Assembly: GCA_036478295.1 (NCBI GenBank)
Contig: JAZGDW010000154.1
Coordinates: 1 to 15,836 of the forward strand
DNA: 15,836 bases
Direction of reading: 5' to 3'
Source: Candidatus Krumholzibacteriia bacterium
Lineage (GTDB): Bacteria > Krumholzibacteriota > Krumholzibacteriia > WVZY01
Of the stretch, positions 9,363-15,506 are shown in pieces; within the stretch, counting starts at the first letter, position 1; the number at the start of each line of letters is the position of its first letter. The notes under the pieces were generated by a model. The model did no database searches and was not told where the DNA came from. It worked only from the letters and a program-made list of their open reading frames with translations. Made by a program: the position numbers and the translations under genes.

Positions 9363-9385
9363 TAGCCAATTAGCAGGAGACAAAC

Positions 9386-10540
9386 ATGCTCAGGACATTC
9401 ATCTATGCGGGGTTGATCCTCATCACCGCGGCGGGGTTCGCGGGCGCCTTTGGAATGGGCTCAACGGCCCTGGCGGCCGCCGGGTCCGACGCCGCGCTAC
9501 CCACGGTCGGCGGCGAGCCGGCGTTCGCCACCAGAGCGGATGCCATGGTGTCGACGGTCGAGGGTTTTCTGCAGGTAAAAGACTACGTCGCGGCGGAGAA
9601 AGCCGCGCTGGAACTCACCGAACGTAACCCGGAATTCCTCACGGGCTGGATGATGCTCGGTTACTGCCGGTCGCGTGTTTCGAAATTCGAGGAATCCAAC
9701 CAGGCCTACCACAAGGCGCTCGCCCTCGGCGCCGACAAGAGGAGCATTCAAACCCGAGAGGCATACAATCATATCCGGCTTGGCAAGTACGATGAGGCGA
9801 AGGCGCTGTACCGTGAGATGCTCGACGCGAACGAAACGGACTCGGTGGCGCTCAAGCAGCTCGGTTACCTCGATGGCAAACTCGAAAACTACGACGATGC
9901 CGCCTACTATTATAGAAAGCTGCTGGATAACGATCCCGAAAACTCTGAAGTGATCGCGTCGCTGGCGAAAATCGAGGCCAAGCGTGGCGGGGGAAACGAA
10001 GTGCGTATTCTCCTGGAGAAAACGCTGGAGCTGGATCCTGACAATACGGACGCTCTCGGCAAGCTCGGTCTGATGCTGATTCGTGAAAAGGAATTCACCG
10101 CGGCGGCGGACCGCCTGTTAAAACTGGTGACGATTGAGCCGGCCAACGCGAAAGCCCGTCGCAATCTCGGCGTGGCCTACTACCAGCTGGGCAAGAAATC
10201 GAAGGCGCGTTCGGAGTTCGAGCGCGTAAGCGAACTCGGTGGCAGTATGAAGGGCCTGTACGGACCGCTGGCCGATTGCTGCGTGCGCTCGGGACTCAAC
10301 ACGCGGGCGCTCGAAGTAATCAAGCAAGGTCTGCAGGCGAATGAGCAGAAGGCGTGGCTCTACTCGATGTGGGGAAAGATGCTGGAGAAGTCGAAGCGCT
10401 ACGATGCGGCGATCGCGAAGTTCTCAAAGGCGGTCGAACTGAAAGAGGCGCCGTGGAGTGGGTACGCGCGCAAGCAGATTGCACGGCAGGTGAAGCTGAA
10501 ACACCGTGCGGAGATGATTTCCCAGCAGGGGATGCAGTAA
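9386..10540 (+). CDS. Exported tetratricopeptide-repeat protein
   Basis: Signal-peptide-like N terminus and multiple TPR-like units (e.g. GWMMLG...KALALG, ALKQLG...LDNDP, ARRNLGVAYYQLG). RBS AGGAGA. Confidence 0.88.
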   Translation: MLRTFIYAGLILITAAGFAGAFGMGSTALAAAGSDAALPTVGGEPAFATRADAMVSTVEGFLQVKDYVAAEKAALELTERNPEFLTGWMMLGYCRSRVSKFEESNQAYHKALALGADKRSIQTREAYNHIRLGKYDEAKALYREMLDANETDSVALKQLGYLDGKLENYDDAAYYYRKLLDNDPENSEVIASLAKIEAKRGGGNEVRILLEKTLELDPDNTDALGKLGLMLIREKEFTAAADRLLKLVTIEPANAKARRNLGVAYYQLGKKSKARSEFERVSELGGSMKGLYGPLADCCVRSGLNTRALEVIKQGLQANEQKAWLYSMWGKMLEKSKRYDAAIAKFSKAVELKEAPWSGYARKQIARQVKLKHRAEMISQQGMQ

Positions 10541-10567
10541 CCGATAGAGCCTTGTGCCATGCGGCAG

Positions 10568-10603
10568 CGCCCTCTCGAGTGGATCGAGGGGGCGTTTTTC
10601 TTT
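10568..10603 (+). terminator. Intrinsic terminator after the TPR gene
   Basis: Stem CGCCCTCTCGA / TCGAGGGGGCG (one G-U pair), loop GTGGA, then TTTTTCTTT. Confidence 0.85.
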
Positions 10604-10659
10604 GGATGGAGGGGGGCGCGAGCAGTGTCAGGTGGGTGACGCCCCACGCTCCGCTGGGC

Positions 10660-10781
10660 GGGGGTGCCATGTTGGGTTGTTTCCCTCGCCGCGCTCCGCT
10701 TCGCTCGGCTACCCCGCTACGCTGGGTGATCCTCGCTCGCTCCCGCATGGGGCTCTGTCAACAACCCAACATGGCACCCCC
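10660..10781. repeat. 122-bp element bounded by a perfect 22-bp inverted repeat (REP/MITE-like)
   Basis: GGGGGTGCCATGTTGGGTTGTT (10660-10681) and its exact reverse complement AACAACCCAACATGGCACCCCC (10760-10781). Confidence 0.85.
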
Positions 10782-11003
10782 TTGATTCATGCCCGCCGGG
10801 TCCGTCAACAACCCAACGGCGCGCGGCTCTCCTCCATGCAATAGGCTGCTGCATTGGTTCCCGCGACGGGTCCGTCAACAACCCAACGCTGCGCCTCCTA
10901 CGGGCGCTCCCGCACAAATGGTCTGTCAACAACCCAACGGCGCGCGCGCCCCTCCGTGCAAGAGATGGTTGCTGCTGGCGCGACGGGCCCGTCAGCAATC
11001 CAC
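10754..11003 (+). repeat. Tandem array of TCYGTCAACAACCCAAC direct repeats
   Basis: Copies at 10754, 10801, 10871 and 10922, plus degenerate CCCGTCAGCAATCCAC at 10988. Start-to-start spacings are 47/70/51/66. Confidence 0.9.
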
Positions 11004-11158
11004 GGGCTACAGCCTCCGCAAGCTCTGTAAACGCGTGCCGTCACCGAGCCATCAGCACGCCGCTGCTCCATCTCGCAACACCTGAAGAATAAGACGGTCG
11101 TTCGAGGGCCCGCGAAAACTTGATAAATCTCAACTTCCGCGGCTGCAAGTTCCTGGTT

Positions 11159-11236
11159 AACTAACGCATCGGATACGGTATATTCATGCACTGTAATGGG
11201 GATGAATCGGGGGCTGCGGTACAATACTTGTTAGCC
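11159..11236 (+). mobile_element. First integron recombination site of the array (attI-like or divergent attC)
   Basis: Core GTTAGCC at 11230-11236, 36 bp before the first cassette ATG. Possible inverse core AACTAAC at 11159 with L-box-like GGATACGG/CGGTACA. Confidence 0.45.
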
Positions 11237-11272
11237 GGACGCGCATCGGCCTGGAGGCCAGGGAGGTTGATC

Positions 11273-11653
11273 ATGACGGAATCCGCTAGAGGCGTGGTGT
11301 TCTGGGCACCGCGAATCCTCACGATGCTCTTCGCCCTGTTCTTGAGCGTATTTGCTCTCGACGTGTTCGCAGAGACGGAGGGCCTTCTCAAGACTCTCAC
11401 TGCTCTCGTGCTACACTTGATACCAACGTTCCTTGTTGTCGTGCTCCTCGTGTTCGCTTGGCGGTGGGAATTGATCGGGGTGATTGCGTTCGCCGTGCTC
11501 GCCATCGCCTATGTGGTTGTCATGTGGGGGCGGCACTTTCCCTGGATAACCTATGCCATGATCTCAGGGCTCCTGCTGCTCATGTCAGTTCTGTTTCTTC
11601 TTTCGTGGCGTCAACGGCTTCGCCTGCGGCTGAGCGGCCAGCCGTTAGACTGA
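11273..11653 (+). CDS. Small multi-pass membrane hypothetical protein (cassette gene)
   Basis: ATG at 11273 after GGGAGG. 126 aa with about four hydrophobic helices (WAPRILTMLFALFLSVFALDVF...). The C terminus reads through an attC half-site. Confidence 0.8.
   Translation: MTESARGVVFWAPRILTMLFALFLSVFALDVFAETEGLLKTLTALVLHLIPTFLVVVLLVFAWRWELIGVIAFAVLAIAYVVVMWGRHFPWITYAMISGLLLLMSVLFLLSWRQRLRLRLSGQPLD
11610..11650 (+). mobile_element. Truncated attC (right half with intact core GTTAGAC)
   Basis: CGGCTTCGCCTGCGGCTGAGCGGCCAGCC-GTTAGAC. The core is the exact complement of the inverse core GTCTAAC (11919) closing the next cassette. Confidence 0.65.
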
Positions 11654-11660
11654 CGTAGAG

Positions 11661-11903
11661 ATGAGATACCGGTTACCGATAGGCACTCAAATAGCGCCGT
11701 TTTCGACCGTCACTAGTAAGACTGGAACGCCAGTGCTGACGGCCATCTTGGCAGAGTTTCGAGAGCCGGATATTCTAAAGAGGATGCGAATGACAAATAA
11801 AGGAGTAGAAGCGGAGTATCTTTGTCTCCCGCTTGGCCCGAACCCATCAGAGTACGATAGTTACTCGGTCCGTTCGTCGGACACCGAACCGTTCGAGGAC
11901 TGA
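11661..11903 (+). CDS. Hypothetical 80-aa cassette protein
   Basis: The ORF fills the space between core GTTAGAC (11644) and inverse core GTCTAAC (11919). No recognisable family. Confidence 0.5.
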   Translation: MRYRLPIGTQIAPFSTVTSKTGTPVLTAILAEFREPDILKRMRMTNKGVEAEYLCLPLGPNPSEYDSYSVRSSDTEPFED

Positions 11904-11918
11904 TGACCAAACATTGCA

Positions 11919-12013
11919 GTCTAACTCGCCGCTGCTACTGACGGCCTGTGATAGACGGTGATGGATTGAATTGTTGTAAGTAACGGCCGCAGCAGAACGG
12001 TAGGGCGCTAGGC
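11919..12013 (+). mobile_element. attC site (95 bp) with mutated R' core
   Basis: GTCTAAC-TCGCC-GCTGCTACTG-ACGGCC...GGCCG-CAGCAGAAC-GGTAGGGC-GCTAGGC. Imperfect palindrome with GCT in place of GTT. Confidence 0.8.
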
Positions 12014-12086
12014 GACGCATGCCCGAACTTAACTTGCAGGGTGAACGTCGACGCTGTAGATGCCCTTGCAGGAAGGAGGACGCCAT

Positions 12087-12731
12087 ATGGGAAAGACCGT
12101 GAGAAGAATCGTACTGGCGACAGGGCTCGGTGGGTTCATTGCTTTGGTGGTCGTGCTGAGTGGTATCGTGCTATCGCGCCCTGAAACGGATAGCAAGCCG
12201 AGCGCAGGAGTGCCGACCTACGAGGACAAGCAGGGCGATCAGGAGCTTGCCTACCTGTTGGTCAAGCTGGAGTTGAAAACTCGGGCCGTGATCGGAGGAC
12301 ATTACACTCGAGCCCAATCCATAATTCCGGGGGTCGACCTTATCTATAAGCGCTGGATCGCGAAGAACACGATCCTCCCCGCTGCTGTGGCGGACCGGGT
12401 GTTTTCCGAAGTCGTCCCAGGGGCTACGGGAGGCCGTGCTTGGGTGAAGATGGTAGTGGAAGACCCTCGAAATCCGCACAACCGCGGTGACTCTATTGCA
12501 GTGGAACTGCTCGGTACCATCCAAGGTGGAAACGCCACTGCGGAACGATCAACCCCAGAAGCGTACTACTACGCTGAACCGATCAAGGCCACCAGCACCT
12601 GTCTGCCCTGTCACGGCGAGCCCGAAGGCGCACCGGATCCGTTATTCCCACAGTATGAGAAGGATGGCTGGCGTGACGGCGATATTGTCGGTGCGGTAGT
12701 CGCGCGTGTGGCACCGGAGCTGAATCGTTGA
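12087..12731 (+). CDS. DUF3365-like membrane-anchored c-type heme protein (cassette gene)
   Basis: ATG at 12087 after AGGAGGA. N-terminal TM helix, PRNPHN, CXXCH (CLPCHG) and GWRDGDIVGA. Confidence 0.8.
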   Translation: MGKTVRRIVLATGLGGFIALVVVLSGIVLSRPETDSKPSAGVPTYEDKQGDQELAYLLVKLELKTRAVIGGHYTRAQSIIPGVDLIYKRWIAKNTILPAAVADRVFSEVVPGATGGRAWVKMVVEDPRNPHNRGDSIAVELLGTIQGGNATAERSTPEAYYYAEPIKATSTCLPCHGEPEGAPDPLFPQYEKDGWRDGDIVGAVVARVAPELNR

Positions 12732-12769
12732 GGTCGCCTAACCAGGCGGCGCGACACAAGAAAGACGCT

Positions 12770-12871
12770 GCCTAACTGGCCGTTGCGGCTGACCGCGCCC
12801 GGCGGCGGTGAAGAGAAGTGAACTTTGATAATAGGGCGCCGCAGCAGAACAGCAGAGCGGGGACATTAGCT
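12770..12871 (+). mobile_element. attC site with disrupted R' end
   Basis: GCCTAAC-TGGCC-GTTGCGGCTG-ACCGCGCCC...GGGCGCCG-CAGCAGAAC-AGCAGAGC, the same family as the 11919 site. The expected GTTRRRY is replaced by GGGGAC-ATTAGCT. Confidence 0.75.
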
Positions 12872-12896
12872 CGCTTGCGGTCCAGAGGTTGTCAAG

Positions 12897-13631
12897 ATGA
12901 ACGCAGGGTTCTCCAATGTCTACGACGACAAGGCGCGTGCGGACGCCTATGCCAAGCTCGAGTTCCCCGGGACATACTACCTGGCTTACCGGGATCTGCC
13001 GGCGATTATTGGCGAGCACGTCCAGGGCACGAAGGCCCTGGACTTCGGGTGCGGGACGGGACGTTCGACGCGGTCCTTGCTCGAACTGGGTTTCGATCCT
13101 GTGGTGGGAGTTGACATCGCGGAGCACATGGTCGCACAGGCTCGGGAACGTGACCCGCAGGGAGAGTATCGTCTGGTGCCTGACGGCGACCTCAGCGAGT
13201 TAGCGTCAGGCACCTATGATTTGGTGTTGTCCGCGTTTACCTTTGACAATATCCCGACTGTGGAGAAGAAAGTCGCCCTCTTCCAGTCCTTGAAGCGTCT
13301 GCTGAAGGACAGCGGGCGCATCGTAAGTCTGGTATCGTCCCCGGAGATCTACGTCAACGAATGGGCCTCCTTCTCCACGAAGGACTTTTCTGAGAACCGC
13401 ACTGCGGCGAGCGGGGACAAGGTACGGATTGTGATGCTCGACGTTGAAGACAAACGCCCCGTTGAGGACATTCTCTGGACGGATGAGGACTACCATCAGG
13501 TGTACGAGCATGCGGGGTTGGTGCCGATCAAGACTTACCGGCCCCTGGCGAATGAGACCGAACCGTACTCGTGGGTGAGTGAGACCGCGATAGCCCCATG
13601 GGCCATCTACGTTCTGGGGCAAGGAGAATAG
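12897..13631 (+). CDS. Class I SAM-dependent methyltransferase (cassette gene)
   Basis: Motifs ALDFGCGTG, VGVDIAEHMV and YDLVLS. Confidence 0.9.
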   Translation: MNAGFSNVYDDKARADAYAKLEFPGTYYLAYRDLPAIIGEHVQGTKALDFGCGTGRSTRSLLELGFDPVVGVDIAEHMVAQARERDPQGEYRLVPDGDLSELASGTYDLVLSAFTFDNIPTVEKKVALFQSLKRLLKDSGRIVSLVSSPEIYVNEWASFSTKDFSENRTAASGDKVRIVMLDVEDKRPVEDILWTDEDYHQVYEHAGLVPIKTYRPLANETEPYSWVSETAIAPWAIYVLGQGE

Positions 13632-13661
13632 ACCTTTTCCTGGCCCCACGGGAGCAAGCCG

Positions 13662-14072
13662 ATGGACAAGCCTGCCAACTTGGACAAGGCGCACCTCCGG
13701 GTCGCCCGTCCGTCTGACGATCTCCCTGCGGTCGCCAGATTCTACCGGGATGGGCTCGGGTTCGAGGTTCTGGACGAGTTCAATGACCACGACGGGTTCA
13801 ACGGTGTTATGCTCGGTCACACGGGAGCTGCCTACCACCTGGAGTTCACCCGTAAGCGGGGCCACAAGGCCGGGCGGGCGCCGACCGAGGACAACCTGCT
13901 GGTGTTCTACCTGCCGGACGCGACGGAGTGGAATCGTGCGGTGGCTCGTCTAGAGGGGCTGGGGTACAAGCCGGTGAAGGCGTTCAACCCGTACTGGGAC
14001 AAGAAAGGCAAGACGTTCGAGGACCCGGACGGGTACCGGGTGGTCCTGCAGAACACCAGCTGGGCGGCCTGA
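13662..14072 (+). CDS. VOC/glyoxalase-family protein (YycE-like)
   Basis: Motifs LRVARPSDDL, FYRDGLG, HLEFT, NLLVFY, NPYW and FEDPDGYRVVL. Confidence 0.9.
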   Translation: MDKPANLDKAHLRVARPSDDLPAVARFYRDGLGFEVLDEFNDHDGFNGVMLGHTGAAYHLEFTRKRGHKAGRAPTEDNLLVFYLPDATEWNRAVARLEGLGYKPVKAFNPYWDKKGKTFEDPDGYRVVLQNTSWAA

Positions 14073-14116
14073 CAACGGCATGCAGCTAACGGCGGCGCGG
14101 CGCCGAAGGGCTGGGC
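14067..14116 (+). mobile_element. Degenerate, internally deleted attC
   Basis: GCCTGAC-AACGGC-ATGCAGCTAACGGCG...GCCGAAGG-GCTGGGC. It overlaps the VOC stop codon, as inverse cores typically do, and both cores are mutated. Confidence 0.55.
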
Positions 14117-14133
14117 GCCTAGAAAGGTGAATC

Positions 14134-14772
14134 ATGAGACGGATTTGGATGGCTGTCGGAAGTGTTGTTTTCGGCCTGCTGCAGGTCGCAGCTGTTGCGA
14201 CACCCGAGGCTTGTACTGTTCCCCTCTCGTGTGAGTCCTCGGCGACTAGTACTGGGGGAGTTCTGCTGGTCTGCCCAGCGGGTGACGGCCCGACCCTGTC
14301 GGACATTGGCGCGACCATTAGCGTCACATTGCTGTGGTGCACTCAAGCCGAACCGCTGGTGGACCTGCCGCCACAAAATGTGTGGATACAGTCAAAGACG
14401 CTCCGTGATCCTCGGCTTTGCGGCGGAGCGGGATCATCGAACGCGGATGGTCTCACCGACATAAATGGCCAGACCACGATTTCAGGAAGCATCGCGGCCG
14501 GCGGCTATTTCGGTGATGGGGTGTACGTTGTCGCAAATGGATCGTTTATACAACTTGGCGACACGTGCGACAATCCGCTTCCCCTCATATTGGTGAGCCC
14601 AGATATCAATGAAGATCTTGTTGTGAGCCTTGCCGATCTGGCGATCTTTGCGACCGCATTTCCAAGCGGCGGCGGCGCCGTCGACCCCCGAATGGACTTC
14701 AACGGTGACGGTAAAATCGACGCCGCGGATTTAGCAATGTTTGCCGGGCACTTCCGCCATAGTTGTCCGTAG
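14134..14772 (+). CDS. Secreted Cys-containing protein with C-terminal dockerin/EF-hand-like Ca-binding repeats
   Basis: Signal peptide and duplicated DINEDLVVSLADL / DFNGDGKIDAADL motifs. RBS AAAGG. Confidence 0.8.
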   Translation: MRRIWMAVGSVVFGLLQVAAVATPEACTVPLSCESSATSTGGVLLVCPAGDGPTLSDIGATISVTLLWCTQAEPLVDLPPQNVWIQSKTLRDPRLCGGAGSSNADGLTDINGQTTISGSIAAGGYFGDGVYVVANGSFIQLGDTCDNPLPLILVSPDINEDLVVSLADLAIFATAFPSGGGAVDPRMDFNGDGKIDAADLAMFAGHFRHSCP

Positions 14773-14872
14773 AGGCTCAAATTCGGTGGAAGTAACTGCC
14801 GTTCGAGCACTAGTCTACCGCAGCTGGGCCGCAGGCGATCTTCACATGTACTGGCCGAGGGAGCAGAGAACG

Positions 14873-15025
14873 ATGGCGGACGAACGATCGAAACAAAAGG
14901 AAAGCAAGGGTGATTCGACTGTCATACGGAGGGGAATGCTCAGGGGAGTTGCGATTGGTGTGGCGCTCGGCGCCGGGATCGGAGTCGCGCTGGGATTGGC
15001 GGTCGCCCAGTTCAAGAAAAAGTAG
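14873..15025 (+). CDS. 50-aa small membrane peptide with glycine-zipper helix
   Basis: GAGGGAG RBS. Sequence MADERSKQ...GVAIGVALGAGIGVALGLAVAQFKKK. Confidence 0.55.
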   Translation: MADERSKQKESKGDSTVIRRGMLRGVAIGVALGAGIGVALGLAVAQFKKK

Positions 15026-15080
15026 CGCTCCAGGTCGCCTGGCGCCAGGACGTCAGCTGGCGAGACCTGAGAGGTAGACA

Positions 15081-15479
15081 ATGAAGAAGCTAACCAGGTG
15101 GATACCGTCTGTCGCAGTGCTGCTATTGTTTCCGTTACTCGTTGGGAGTTGCGGGCGATCCCCGGTATCGCGCCAATCCGGGGACGACTGGTTCGAGCCC
15201 TTCGATATTCCTCCGGTGCTGACGGTCTATGAAAAACCACAGTATCCAGAACGGGCCAGGGAGCAGGGGCTCGAAGGCTGGGTGAGGGTGAAAGTCCTGG
15301 TTGGATCGGATGGACGAGTCGAGCGTGCGAGGGTGCTTCGGAGCAGTGACCCTCTTTTCGAGCCGGCGGCGCTCGCGGCTGCCAGGGAGTTTCACTTCAC
15401 GCCGGCGGAGCGAGATCGTCAACGAGTGCGCGCGGCGGTTCTCGTACCGGTCTGGTTCAGGCTCGATCGAATCGACTGA
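15081..15479 (+). CDS. Stand-alone TonB C-terminal domain protein, probable lipoprotein
   Basis: Motifs PQYPERAREQGLEGWVRVKVLVGSDGRV, AALAAAREFHFTPA and VPVWFRL. Lipobox-like LVGSC. RBS GAGG. Confidence 0.85.
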   Translation: MKKLTRWIPSVAVLLLFPLLVGSCGRSPVSRQSGDDWFEPFDIPPVLTVYEKPQYPERAREQGLEGWVRVKVLVGSDGRVERARVLRSSDPLFEPAALAAAREFHFTPAERDRQRVRAAVLVPVWFRLDRID

Positions 15480-15506
15480 GACGGCGTCCTTGCTACACGT
15501 AATCTC

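Noticed and set aside
10757..10938. IS200/IS605 IscB omegaRNA/HEARO-like start (GTCAAC-ACCC)
   Set aside because: Only the first ~10 nt resemble it. The following terminal hairpin and any IscB/TnpB/TnpA ORF are absent.
10754..11003. CRISPR array interpretation of the spaced repeats
   Set aside because: The conserved unit is only about 17 bp, spacer lengths vary widely (30-53 bp), alternate spacers are homologous to each other, and no cas genes are present.
10320..11224. ORFs across the repeat block (recurring RQQPN peptides; 10898-11224 minus strand as a possible intI remnant)
   Set aside because: They are translations of the DNA repeats, with no RBS support and no tyrosine-recombinase motifs.
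9357..11236. Identical 11-mer ACTTGTTAGCC at 9357 and 11226, suggesting the TPR gene is itself a cassette
   Set aside because: 11-mer repeats are expected by chance in 16 kb. The TPR gene has its own promoter and terminator, and no matching GGCTAAC inverse core follows it.
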